Source: Alphaproteobacteria bacterium
Lineage (GTDB): Bacteria > Pseudomonadota > Alphaproteobacteria > MPNO01
Length of the DNA stretch: 64,000 nucleotides
Direction of reading: 5' to 3'
Assembly: GCA_964291675.2 (NCBI GenBank)
Contig: OZ219866.1
Coordinates: 3,520,001 to 3,584,000 of the forward strand
Of the stretch, positions 10,413-20,567 are shown in pieces; the first letter of the stretch is position 1; the number at the start of each line of letters is the position of its first letter. The notes beneath the pieces were generated by a model that had not been told where the DNA came from, made no database searches, and saw only the letters and a list, made by a program, of their open reading frames with translations. The translations under genes and the position numbers were made by a program.

Positions 10413-11663
10413 ATGAAGACGGAAGGCTTGCACGTCGTGCGGCCGCGCGCGGCGGGTCTGGACGTGCACAAGATGGAGATCACCGCGACGGTTCGCCTGT
10501 GCGAGGGCGAGGGCGAGCCGGTGGTGGAGACGCGCTGCTTCAGCTCGCTTCCGAGCGGTCTGGCGGAGATGGTCGCCTGGCTGACCGGTCGCCGCGTCGA
10601 GGCCGCTGTCATGGAAGGGACCGGGATCTACTGGCAGGCGCCCTTCGCGGCGGTGGAGGCGGCGGGGATCGAAGCGATCCTGGTGCACGCGCGTCAGGTC
10701 AAGCAGTTGAAGGGGCGCAAGACCGATGTCGCCGACAGCGTGTGGCTGGCCTGCGTGTGCCAGTTCGGGCTCTGCACGCCTTCCCATGTTCCCCCCGAGC
10801 CGTTCCGGCAGCTGCGCTCGCTGAGCCGCCAGCGACGTACCCTGGTCAGGCAGCGCTCGACCGTGCGCAACCGGGTGCAGAAGATCGTCGACCGCGCCGG
10901 CCTGCGCATCGGCGGCATCCTCTCCGACGTCTTCGGCGTCAACGGCCGCAAGATCCTCGACGGGCTGGCGCAAGCCACGCCGCGCGCGGTCATCCTCGCC
11001 TCGCTCACCGGCCACGTCGCCAACAAGCTGGAGGGGCTCGGCGAGGCGCTCTCCCTGAGCCTGGGCGATAACGACCGCTTCATGCTCGGCGATCTGCTGG
11101 ACGAGCATGACGCGCTCGAGGCGCGCATCGCGTCCTACGGCGAGAAGATCGACCGGCAGATGACGCCGTGGCAGGAACAGCTCCGCCTGCTGACCACCAT
11201 CCCCGGCATCGACCGCATCGCCGCCTCGACCATCCTGATCGAGATCGGCCCGGATATCGAGGCGTTCGCCTCCAAGCAGCACTTCGCCGCCTGGGCCGGG
11301 CTCTGCCCCGGCAACAACGAAAGCGGCGGAAAGCGCCGCAACGCGCGCACCCGAAGGGGCTCCAAGACGCTGCGCGCCAGCCTCGTCGAATGTGCCCACG
11401 GCGCGGCCCGAACCAAGGGGTGCCAGTTCGAGGCCCACCACCGCGCGCTCGCCGCCCGGCGCGGATACAAGCGCGCCATCGTGGCCAGCGCACACAAGAT
11501 GCTGCGCATCGTTTATGTCGTGCTCAAGACCGGCAGGCCCTACTACGACCGCACCGCCGACTACGACGCGCTGATGGTCAAGCGCAACGCCCCGCGCTGG
11601 ATCCGAATGCTCCGCCGCTACGGCTACATCCAACCCCGGCGCGCCGAACCCAAGGCCACCTGA
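10413..11663 (+). CDS. IS110 family transposase/recombinase
   Basis: RuvC-like DEDD: GLDVHK, MEGTGIYW, KTDVADS; C-terminal TIPGI and GLCPGNNESGGK (catalytic Ser); RBS GAGGAGG. Confidence 0.95.
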   Translation: MKTEGLHVVRPRAAGLDVHKMEITATVRLCEGEGEPVVETRCFSSLPSGLAEMVAWLTGRRVEAAVMEGTGIYWQAPFAAVEAAGIEAILVHARQVKQLKGRKTDVADSVWLACVCQFGLCTPSHVPPEPFRQLRSLSRQRRTLVRQRSTVRNRVQKIVDRAGLRIGGILSDVFGVNGRKILDGLAQATPRAVILASLTGHVANKLEGLGEALSLSLGDNDRFMLGDLLDEHDALEARIASYGEKIDRQMTPWQEQLRLLTTIPGIDRIAASTILIEIGPDIEAFASKQHFAAWAGLCPGNNESGGKRRNARTRRGSKTLRASLVECAHGAARTKGCQFEAHHRALAARRGYKRAIVASAHKMLRIVYVVLKTGRPYYDRTADYDALMVKRNAPRWIRMLRRYGYIQPRRAEPKAT

Positions 11664-11982
11664 CCGGCCCGCATAACGCCGGACCGCCGCGCGGGACCGC
11701 TTCGGGCCACATCGGGGAAGTCCACCGCTCGTCTCCGCCGCCCCCTTCCGGCGATCTCAGCCAACTCCCTCCCGGCGTTGGATGGGGCCCTCGCGCGCCC
11801 CCACCGAAACTGTTTCACGGCAAACCGGACAGCAGTGGACTTGATCCGGGGGCCGGGCATGACGGTCGGGAGGAGCCGGGGGCGACGGCGCAACGAGACG
11901 ATGCGACGAGCGCGCCGCGATCCGTGTCCCGCTCCGGCCGCCGCGCCCGGGCCCCGGAACGAGCCCGGAGGCCGCGCCTCTC

Positions 11983-12753
<771 letters not shown>

Positions 12754-12762
12754 GGTGCCCCC

Positions 12763-13875
12763 TCAGCGCCGCGTGGTGTCCAGGCGCTTCTCGAGATTGA
12801 TCGAGTAGCGCGACATGCCGAAGCAGATCACGAAGAAGAACAGCGCCGCCAGCAGGAAGGTCTCGTAATCGACCTTGCCCAGCCAGTCCTGGTTGGTCTG
12901 CAGCAGCCGCGCCTGGCCGAGGATGTCGAACAGGCCGATGATGATGACCAGTGTGGTGTCCTTGAACAGGCCGATGAAGGTGTTGACGATGCCCGGGATG
13001 GAGATCTTCAGCGCCTGCGGCAGGACGATCAGGCGCATCGACTGCCAGTAGCCCAGACCCATCGCCTGGCCCGCCTCGTACTGCCCCTGGGGGATCGCCT
13101 GCAGCCCGCCGCGGATCACCTCCGCCATGTAGGCCGAGGCGAACAGGGTGATGATGACCATGACCCGGATGAGCTGGTCGAGCGAGACCTCGCGGGGCAG
13201 GAAGATCGGCAGCAGGATGATGGCGACGAAAAGCAGCGTGATCAGCGGCACGCCGCGGATGAACTCGATGAACGCGACCGAGAACATGCGCACGATCGGC
13301 ATGCGCGAGCGCCGCCCGAGCGCCAGCAGGACGCCGATGGGCAGCGACAGCACGATCCCGGTCAGCCCGGCGACCAGGTTGAGCACGAAGCCGCCGAACT
13401 GGTCGGTGCGCACGACCTGGAGGCCGAGCCCGCCGACCAGCAGGAACGCCGCGATCGCCGGGTAGGCGAGCGAGAACCAGCGGCCGTAGCGCGCATAGGG
13501 CAGGTCGGCGAACAGGAGATAGCCGACCGCCGGCACCAGCAGGATGACGGCGAGGTTCACCCGCCAATAGGCCTCCTCCGGGTAGAAGCCGTAGACGAAC
13601 TGGGCAATGCGCTGGTCGAGCCAGGCCCAGCACGCGCCCTCGTTGGTGCAGTCCTTGCCCGCCGAGCCCACATAGGTGGCTTCGAGGAACGTCCAGTCGA
13701 TCAGCGGCGGCAGGGCCAGCGCGAGCACGGCGAGCGCCGCCAGGGTGAGCGCCACGTTGAGCCAGGTGGAGAACAGGTTGGCCCGCACCCAGCCGATGGC
13801 GCCGACGCTGGTGATCGGCGCCGGCCGCTCCGCCAGCATCTCCGCCCGGCTGCGATGGAAGGCGCGCCCGCTCAT
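12763..13875 (-). CDS. aapM: General L-amino acid ABC transporter permease
   Basis: WVRANLFS, GACW, IRGVPLIT, AYMAEVIRGGLQAIPQGQYEA; ATG overlaps aapQ stop. Confidence 0.9.
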   Translation of the reverse strand: MSGRAFHRSRAEMLAERPAPITSVGAIGWVRANLFSTWLNVALTLAALAVLALALPPLIDWTFLEATYVGSAGKDCTNEGACWAWLDQRIAQFVYGFYPEEAYWRVNLAVILLVPAVGYLLFADLPYARYGRWFSLAYPAIAAFLLVGGLGLQVVRTDQFGGFVLNLVAGLTGIVLSLPIGVLLALGRRSRMPIVRMFSVAFIEFIRGVPLITLLFVAIILLPIFLPREVSLDQLIRVMVIITLFASAYMAEVIRGGLQAIPQGQYEAGQAMGLGYWQSMRLIVLPQALKISIPGIVNTFIGLFKDTTLVIIIGLFDILGQARLLQTNQDWLGKVDYETFLLAALFFFVICFGMSRYSINLEKRLDTTRR

Positions 13876-15062
13876 CTCTCCACCAGGGCGATGCGCTTGT
13901 TGTACCAGTTCATGAAGGACGACGTGATCAGGCTCAGCGCCAGGTAGAACGCCATGTAGATCGAGATCACCTCGATCGCCTGGCCGCTCTGGTTGAGGGT
14001 GGTATCGCCGACCGAGACGATGTCCTGGTAGCCGATGGCGACGGCGAGCGAGGAGTTCTTGGTCAGGTTGAGATACTGGCTGGTCATCGGCGGAACGATC
14101 ACGCGCAGCGCCTGCGGCAGGACGATCTGGCGCATGATCAGGTTGCGCCTGAGCCCGAGCGCGCCGGCGGCCTCGGTCTGCCCCCTGGACACCGCGAGGA
14201 TCCCGCTGCGCACGATCTCGGAGATGAAGGCGCCGGTGTAGGTCGACAGCGCGAGCCACAGCGCCACCAGCTCCGGCGTGATGCTGACGCCGCCTTGCAG
14301 GTTGAACCGCCTCTTTACCGGCATGTCGAAATCGAGCGGCTGGCCGAGGGCGAAGAAGACGACGAGGGGAACGCCCAGCACCAGCCCGAGCCCGGACCAG
14401 CCGACCGGGAAGGTCTGGCCGGTGGCGTCCTGGCGCCGCTTGGCCCAGCGCCTGAGCGCGAACGCCGCAACGGCGCCCACCAGGACCATCGCCAGCACGA
14501 TCGCCGATCCGTCCTCCAGGATGGGCGAGGGCAGGCGCACGCCGCGGTTGTTGAAAAAGACTGTTTCGCCGATCGATATGCTGGCGCGCACCTTGGGCAG
14601 CGCCAGCATGATCAGCCACCAGAAGATGATCTGCAGCAGCACCGGGACGTTGCGGGTGAACTCGACCCAGACCGCGACGATCCGGCTCACCAGGAAATTG
14701 TTCGACAGCCGGAGCACGCCGGTCACGAAGCCGATGGTCGTGGCGAAGACGATGCCCATCACGGCGACCAGGATCGTGTTGAGCGCGCCGACGACCAGCG
14801 CCTGCCCGTAGGTCGAGGTGGACGCGTACTCGGTCAGCCGCTGGTTGATGTCGAAGTTGGCGGTGTCGAACAGAAAGCCGTAGCCGAAGGAGAGGCCGGC
14901 CTCCTCGTAGTTCGCGATGGTGTTGACGACGATGAAGGCGGCGAATGCCGCCAGGCCGAGAACCAGCGCGACCTGGAAGACGACGCCGCGGAAGCGCTCG
15001 TCGGTCCACAGGCGGCTCACGTCGAACCCGCCGGAGCCGACGGGCGGCGCTCTGTCGGTCAC
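13872..15062 (-). CDS. aapQ: General L-amino acid ABC transporter permease (start approximate)
   Basis: RNVPVLLQ, EIVRSGILAVSRGQTEAA, LNLTKNSSLAVAIGY. Confidence 0.9.
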   Translation of the reverse strand: MTDRAPPVGSGGFDVSRLWTDERFRGVVFQVALVLGLAAFAAFIVVNTIANYEEAGLSFGYGFLFDTANFDINQRLTEYASTSTYGQALVVGALNTILVAVMGIVFATTIGFVTGVLRLSNNFLVSRIVAVWVEFTRNVPVLLQIIFWWLIMLALPKVRASISIGETVFFNNRGVRLPSPILEDGSAIVLAMVLVGAVAAFALRRWAKRRQDATGQTFPVGWSGLGLVLGVPLVVFFALGQPLDFDMPVKRRFNLQGGVSITPELVALWLALSTYTGAFISEIVRSGILAVSRGQTEAAGALGLRRNLIMRQIVLPQALRVIVPPMTSQYLNLTKNSSLAVAIGYQDIVSVGDTTLNQSGQAIEVISIYMAFYLALSLITSSFMNWYNKRIALVER

Positions 15063-15140
15063 GGCCGTCGCGCTCTCATCGGGTACCCGAACAAGCGCCG
15101 CCCCGCCCGGCAAAGCGGGCAGGGCGGTACGCGGTCAATT

Positions 15141-16169
15141 CTACCGGAACGGAGGCGAATACAGGATGCCGCCGTCCTTGTAGAGGGCGTTGAGCCCCCG
15201 TGCCAGACCGAGCGGGGTCTTGGGGCCGATATAGCGCTCGAACATCTCGGCGTAATTGCCTTCCGCGGCGATCGCGCGGAGCGCCCACTGCGCGTCGAGG
15301 CCGAGCATCTTGCCCATCGAGCCTTCCTTGCCGAGCATCCGGTTGATCTCCGGATTGTCGGTCCCCTCGGCCAGCTTCGCGGCGTTGGCCTGGGTCACCC
15401 CGAGCTCCTCGGCGCTGATCAGCGCGTTCAGCGTCCAGCGCGCGATGTCCGCCCACTGGTCGTCGCCCTGGCGCACCAGCGGCCCGAGCGGCTCCTTGGA
15501 GATGATCTCCGGGAACACCATGTGCTTGCCGGGGTCGGGGAAGGTCGCCTTGGTCGCCGCCAGGCCGGACGCGTCCGTGGTGTAGACGTCGCAGCGCTCG
15601 GCCTCGTAGGCCGCGCGGGCCTCGGCGTTGGTCTCGATCGGCACCGGCTCGTACTTGATCTTGTTGACCCGGAAGAAGTCCGCCAGGTTGAGCTCGGTGG
15701 TGGTGCCGGTCTGGATGCAGACCGAGGCGCCGTCGAGCTCCTTGGCGCTCTTCACGCCGAGCGCCGTGCGGCCGATGAAGCCCTGGCCGTCATAGTAGTT
15801 GACGCCGATGAAGGTGAAGCCGAGGTCGACGTCGCGCGACAGCGTCCAGGTGGTGTTGCGCGACAGCACGTCGATCTCGCCCGCCGCCAGCGCCGGGAAG
15901 CGGGTCTTGCCGGTCAGGTTGACGAAGGTGACCTTGTTGGCGTCGCCCAGAACGGCGGCGGCCAGCGCCCGGCAATAGGCGACGTCGAAGCCGGTCCACT
16001 TGCCCTTGTCGTCGGTATAGGCGAAGCCGGGCAGGCCGGTGTTGATGCCGCATTTGAGCGTTCCGGCAGCTTTCACGTCGTCGAGCGTCGCCGCCTGGCC
16101 GGGCGATGCGCCCATGGCCGCCAGCGCACCGGCAACCGCAACGGCGCCGGCAATTTGCTTAAGGGTCAT
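15141..16169 (-). CDS. aapJ: General L-amino acid ABC transporter substrate-binding protein
   Basis: Signal peptide; RFPALAAGEIDVLSRNTTWT, YYDGQGF, ISKEPLGP, GNYAEMFER. Confidence 0.93.
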   Translation of the reverse strand: MTLKQIAGAVAVAGALAAMGASPGQAATLDDVKAAGTLKCGINTGLPGFAYTDDKGKWTGFDVAYCRALAAAVLGDANKVTFVNLTGKTRFPALAAGEIDVLSRNTTWTLSRDVDLGFTFIGVNYYDGQGFIGRTALGVKSAKELDGASVCIQTGTTTELNLADFFRVNKIKYEPVPIETNAEARAAYEAERCDVYTTDASGLAATKATFPDPGKHMVFPEIISKEPLGPLVRQGDDQWADIARWTLNALISAEELGVTQANAAKLAEGTDNPEINRMLGKEGSMGKMLGLDAQWALRAIAAEGNYAEMFERYIGPKTPLGLARGLNALYKDGGILYSPPFR

Positions 16170-16418
16170 TCCTGTCCTCCAGTTCCAATATGTGGATGCC
16201 GTACATACCTTCCATTCGTGGTATGCGGCGCCACTGGCGCCAGCGATGGTCGTCGATCCGCCCAGCGCACGACGGCAGGTTACTGTAGGGCAGCAGGGCG
16301 GCGGGTAACAAGCGCCGCTTCGTTGCGGACCGCGCTTCGGGTCGACATTTCCGGCGGCCGGACGGCGCCGATGAAAGTCCTATAAGTTGGACCCGCAAGC
16401 GGAGGGGAGAAGGGTGCA

Positions 16419-17201
16419 ATGGAACCAATCAGGATCGCCTATCAGAGCTACACCGACGAGGCGCAGGCCGGCAGCTACTGGGACAATCTGCGGAAATATC
16501 TCGCGGGAATCGTCGACGAGGGCACCACCGTCGACATCTTGGGCATCACCCCGCCCGATTCCTACGCCCATGCGCTGTCCGAGTTCCGCTGCGCGCGCGA
16601 GGCGATCTGCAACGCGGTCAGGGCCGAGCGCGAGGGCTACGACGTCTTCGCCATGGGCCATTTCCAGGATGCCGGGCTGTACGAGGCGCGCGCCGTGGTC
16701 GACATCCCGGTGCTGTCGCTCGGCGAGGTCTCGATGCTGCATGCCTGCCAGCTCGGCCAGAAGATCGGCATCGTCACCATCAACCCGCGCTACATCTCCT
16801 GGTTCCACCACCAGATCGGCAAGTACGGGCTCCGGGAGCGGGTCACCGGCGTGCACGCGATGAGCTTCGAGCCGGGCGCGATCCTCGCCGGCTTCGACGA
16901 CCCGGCCCGGTTCGACGAGACGGTCGCGAGCTTCGCCGCGCAGGGGGCGCCGCTGGTCGAGGGCGGGATCGACGTGCTGATCCCGGGCGGCGGGATCGCC
17001 ATGCTGCTGTTCGCCAGGATCTTCGACCACAATATCGGCGGCGCGCCGGTCATCAACGGCATCCCGATCCTGGTCAAGGCGGCCGAGATGGCGGTCAAGC
17101 TGAAACGGCTGACCGGGCTGTCGGCGAGCCGCACCGGCGAGTTCGAGAAGCCGCCGCCCGAGGTGGTCGAGGAGTTCATGACCAACCCGAAGGGCCTCTG
17201 A
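16419..17201 (+). CDS. Asp/Glu/hydantoin racemase family protein
   Basis: AEREGYD...GHFQDAGLYEAR...DIPV, PVINGI; the usual Cys positions appear replaced (GHF, PGGG). Confidence 0.75.
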   Translation: MEPIRIAYQSYTDEAQAGSYWDNLRKYLAGIVDEGTTVDILGITPPDSYAHALSEFRCAREAICNAVRAEREGYDVFAMGHFQDAGLYEARAVVDIPVLSLGEVSMLHACQLGQKIGIVTINPRYISWFHHQIGKYGLRERVTGVHAMSFEPGAILAGFDDPARFDETVASFAAQGAPLVEGGIDVLIPGGGIAMLLFARIFDHNIGGAPVINGIPILVKAAEMAVKLKRLTGLSASRTGEFEKPPPEVVEEFMTNPKGL

Positions 17202-17203
17202 GC

Positions 17204-18379
17204 ATGGCGGCCGGGCGCTTCGGCTACGACGGAATCGTCGTCGCGGCGCCGGTCACCGTGCCGTATGCGCGCTACTCGATCCGCAGCGCGCACTGGTTCT
17301 GCGGCCGGGCGCTGGCGGCGCTGATCCGCGAGGCCGGCCTGGACAAGGCCGAGATCGACGGGTTCTGCGTCTCCAGCTTCACCCTCTACCCCGACTCGGC
17401 GGTCGGGCTGATGCAGCATCTCGGCGTCTCGCCGCGCTGGCTCGACCACATCCCGATGGGCGGCGCGTCGGGCGCGGTGGCGCTGCGCCGGGCGGCGCGG
17501 GCGGTGCAGGCGGGCGATGCCGGGATCGTCGCCCTGATCGGCGCCGACACTAACCACGTGGACTCGTTCCGCCGCACCGTGGCGACCTTCAGCCAGTTCG
17601 CCAACGACGCGGTCTACCCCTACGGCGCCGGCGGCCCCAATGCGAGCTTCGCCTTCCTCACCGACCACTACATGAAGGAATTCGGCGCGAGGCGGGAGGA
17701 TTTCGGCCTGCTCTGCATCGCCCAGCGCGACAACGCGCTCCCCGTCGCGCACGCCATGATGAAGCGCCCGCTCACCATGGAGCAGTATCTCGACGCCCGG
17801 CCGATCGCGCTCCCGCTCCGCCTGTTCGACTGCGTCATGCCGTGCGCCGGCGCCGAGGCCTGCCTGGTGACGACCGAGGACCGGGCGCGCTCGCTCGGCC
17901 TGCCCTACGCCTCGGTGCTGGCGACCATCGAGCGCCACAACGCCTTCCCCGACGACCCGATCCAGTATCGCGGCGGCTGGGCGGTCGATGCGCCCGAGCT
18001 CTACGACCAGGCCGGGCTCGGCCCCGCCGACATCGACCTCGTCCAGGCCTATGACGACTACCCGGTGATCTGCTTCATGCAGATCGAGGATCTCGGCTTC
18101 TGCGCCAAGGGCGAGGCGCCCCGATTCGTCCGCCAACGCGATCTGAGGGCGGGCGGCGACTTCCCGTTCAACACCTCGGGCGGCCAGCTCTCTTGCGGGC
18201 AGGCGGGCGCCGGCGGCGGCTTCGTCGGCCTGGTCGAGACGCTGCGCCAGCTCACCGGGCAAACCCACGGCCACGAGGTCGATGGCGCGCGGCACGGGCT
18301 GGTATCCTGTTTCGGGATGATCAACTACGACCGCGGCCTCTGCACCTCGGCGGCGATCTTGGGGCGGGGCGACCGATGA
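17204..18379 (+). CDS. Thiolase-like (SCP2/Ltp2-type) protein
   Basis: YLDARPIA, RLFDCVMP, QAYDDY, NTSGGQLS; no N-terminal catalytic Cys (MGGASG). Confidence 0.85.
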   Translation: MAAGRFGYDGIVVAAPVTVPYARYSIRSAHWFCGRALAALIREAGLDKAEIDGFCVSSFTLYPDSAVGLMQHLGVSPRWLDHIPMGGASGAVALRRAARAVQAGDAGIVALIGADTNHVDSFRRTVATFSQFANDAVYPYGAGGPNASFAFLTDHYMKEFGARREDFGLLCIAQRDNALPVAHAMMKRPLTMEQYLDARPIALPLRLFDCVMPCAGAEACLVTTEDRARSLGLPYASVLATIERHNAFPDDPIQYRGGWAVDAPELYDQAGLGPADIDLVQAYDDYPVICFMQIEDLGFCAKGEAPRFVRQRDLRAGGDFPFNTSGGQLSCGQAGAGGGFVGLVETLRQLTGQTHGHEVDGARHGLVSCFGMINYDRGLCTSAAILGRGDR

Positions 18380-19617
18380 CGACCAGGCTGCCGCCGCCCG
18401 CCCGCAAGGACCCGACGCGGCGCACCCGGCTGCCGACGCGCCCGCCGGGCAACCGCTCGCGCGAGGCGCACGGGCTGACCGCGATGGCCGCCGCCGGGCG
18501 CTTCGCGCTCCAGACCTGCGCCGATTGCGGCACCGTGCAGTACCCGCCGCGCCAGATCTGCGGGCGCTGCCTCGGCGACGCGCTGGAATGGCGCGACGTG
18601 GCGCGCGGCGGAAGGCTGCTGGCCGAGACCGTGCTCGCCCATTCCAACGACCTGTTCTTCCGTGACCGCCTGCCCTGGCGGCTCGGCGTCGTCCGGGCCG
18701 ATGCCGGGCCGTCGCTGGTCGCCCACCTCGCCGAGGACTGCGTGGCGGGCGAGCGCGTCCGCCTCGCCCTCGCCATCGACCGGGCCGGCAACGCCGCGGT
18801 CACGGCAAGCCCCGAGACCCCCACCCCCAACCCGGAGGACGACCGGCAATTGCGCGAGATGGCATTCGAACCCAGGGACCGCCGCGTGCTGATCGTCGAC
18901 GGCAAGACCGGGCTGGGCGCGGCGCTGGCGCGGGTCTTCGCCGATGCCGGGGCGCGCGCGGTCTATGTCGGCCACGCCCAGCCCTGGCGGCAGAGCGAGC
19001 ACCTCGAGGCGGCGCGCGGTATCGAGCGCGCGCGCCTGTTCCCGCTCGACGTGACCGACACCGAATCGGTCGCCGAGCTCGCCGCCACGATCGGCGACAA
19101 GGTCGAGATCCTGGTCAACAACGCCTACCACCTGCGCATGGGCGGCGCGGTCGGCCGCATGGACCTCAACACCGCGCATGACGAGATGGAGATCCACTAT
19201 CACGGCCTGCTGCGCCTCGCCGGGCATTTCGGACCGGCGATGCGGGGGAGGGGGGCCGACGGGGCGCATGGCGCGGCGGCCTGGGTCAACGTGCTCTCCG
19301 CCTATGCGCTGGTCAACAACCCGTCGCTCGGCACCTATTCGGCGTCGCAGGCGGCGGCGCTCTCGCTGTCCGCGTGCCTGCGCGCCGAGCTCGCCGAGGG
19401 CGGGGTGCGGGTGGTCAACGCCTTTTTGGGCCCGATCGAGGACGAGTGGCACCAGCTCGCCCCGCCGCCCAAGCTCGACCCGGCGGGGGTGGCGCGGCGC
19501 GTCGTCGCCGGGCTCCGGGCGGGCGTCGAGGACCTGGCGATCGGCGCGGTCGCGGAAGAGATCCTCGCGCGCCGGGCGGCGAACCCGAAAGAGATCGAGC
19601 GGGCGATAACGTTGTGA
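18376..19617 (+). CDS. DUF35 Zn-ribbon/OB-fold fused to short-chain dehydrogenase
   Basis: CADCGTVQYPPRQICGRC; then SDR features DGKTGLG, LDVTD, LVNNA, YSASQAA. Confidence 0.85.
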   Translation: MTTRLPPPARKDPTRRTRLPTRPPGNRSREAHGLTAMAAAGRFALQTCADCGTVQYPPRQICGRCLGDALEWRDVARGGRLLAETVLAHSNDLFFRDRLPWRLGVVRADAGPSLVAHLAEDCVAGERVRLALAIDRAGNAAVTASPETPTPNPEDDRQLREMAFEPRDRRVLIVDGKTGLGAALARVFADAGARAVYVGHAQPWRQSEHLEAARGIERARLFPLDVTDTESVAELAATIGDKVEILVNNAYHLRMGGAVGRMDLNTAHDEMEIHYHGLLRLAGHFGPAMRGRGADGAHGAAAWVNVLSAYALVNNPSLGTYSASQAAALSLSACLRAELAEGGVRVVNAFLGPIEDEWHQLAPPPKLDPAGVARRVVAGLRAGVEDLAIGAVAEEILARRAANPKEIERAITL

Positions 19618-19628
19618 CGGCCCCCTTC

Positions 19629-19709
19629 GTCTTGGCCGGACTTGTTCCGGCCGACCGCTCGATCCCACGGCGAGCGCCCGTGGCTGCCCGGAACGAGTCC
19701 GGCCATGAC
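19629..19709. repeat. Family A REP-like pair inside an operon
   Basis: GTCTTGGCCGGACTTGTTCCGGCC ... GCCCGGAACGAGTCCGGCCATGAC. Confidence 0.75.
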
Positions 19710-19772
19710 GAGGGGGGCGGGGCAGGGAGCGCGCGGGGCGAAGCGACGGTGGGCGAAGCGGGGATGGCTGGA

Positions 19773-20567
19773 ATGGAAACAACCAACGAAACCGGGCTGC
19801 TCGCGGGGCTGCTCGCCGGCATCGCCGGCGGCGGCATCCGGGTGGTCGACCTCACCATGACGCTCGACCGCCGGACGCCGACCATCGTGCTGCCGCCCGA
19901 GATGGGCCAGTCCTGGCCGTTCCGCATGGAGGAGATCTCGCGCTACGACCGAAGGGGGCCTGCGACCTACTGGAACAATTTCTCCTGCGGCGAGCACACC
20001 GGCACCCATTTCGACGCGCCGATCCACTGGATCTCGGGCAAGGACCTGGCCGACAACGCGACCGACACCATCCCGCCGGCGCTGTTCGTGGCGCATGCCT
20101 GCGTCGTCGACTGCTCGGCGGCGGCGGCGGCCGACCCCGACTACCTGCTGACGACCGACCGCGTCGAGGCGTGGGAGGCGGAGCACGGAACGATCCCGCC
20201 GCGCTCCTGGGTGCTGATGCGGACCGACTGGTCGCTCAGGAGCGATCCGGTAAAATATCTCAACATGGACGAGACCGGCTCGCACACCCCCGGCCCCGAT
20301 GTCGACCTGGTGGCCTGGCTGATCGCCGAGCGCGACGTGGTGGGGTTCGGCTGCGAGGCGGTGGGCACCGACGCCGGCCAGGCGCAGCACTTCGCCGTGC
20401 CCTACCCCTGCCACCACATGATGCACGGCAACGGGCGCTTCGGCCTGCCGGCGCTCACCAATCTCGACAAGCTGCCGCCGACGGGGTCGGTGGTGATCGC
20501 CGCGCCGCTAAAAATCCGCCGGGGCTCGGGGAGCCCGGTGCGCGCGCTGGCGCTGGTCGAATCGTGA
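19773..20567 (+). CDS. Cyclase family metal hydrolase (KynB/isatin hydrolase-like)
   Basis: GEHTGTHFDAPIHW (HxGTHxDxPxH), GTDAGQA, GSGSPVRALA. Confidence 0.9.
   Translation: METTNETGLLAGLLAGIAGGGIRVVDLTMTLDRRTPTIVLPPEMGQSWPFRMEEISRYDRRGPATYWNNFSCGEHTGTHFDAPIHWISGKDLADNATDTIPPALFVAHACVVDCSAAAAADPDYLLTTDRVEAWEAEHGTIPPRSWVLMRTDWSLRSDPVKYLNMDETGSHTPGPDVDLVAWLIAERDVVGFGCEAVGTDAGQAQHFAVPYPCHHMMHGNGRFGLPALTNLDKLPPTGSVVIAAPLKIRRGSGSPVRALALVES

Larger units (their letters stand above)
10059..11827 (+). mobile_element. IS110-family element (ends inferred from shared AAACCG core)
   Basis: AAACCG at 10059-10064 and 11822-11827 bracket a ~350-nt non-coding left end, the recombinase and a short right end ending TTTCACGGCAA. 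Confidence 0.72.

Noticed and set aside
11811-11826. parS-like TGTTTCACGGCAAACC (13/16)
   Set aside because: It coincides with the IS110 right end and the central palindrome is broken; probably chance.
7880-11837. Single composite transposon bounded by CACTGC(C/T)GTCC ends
   Set aside because: The flanking 9-mers differ at one base and the REP halves on each side are different variants, so the ends may come from separate insertions; not called as one element.
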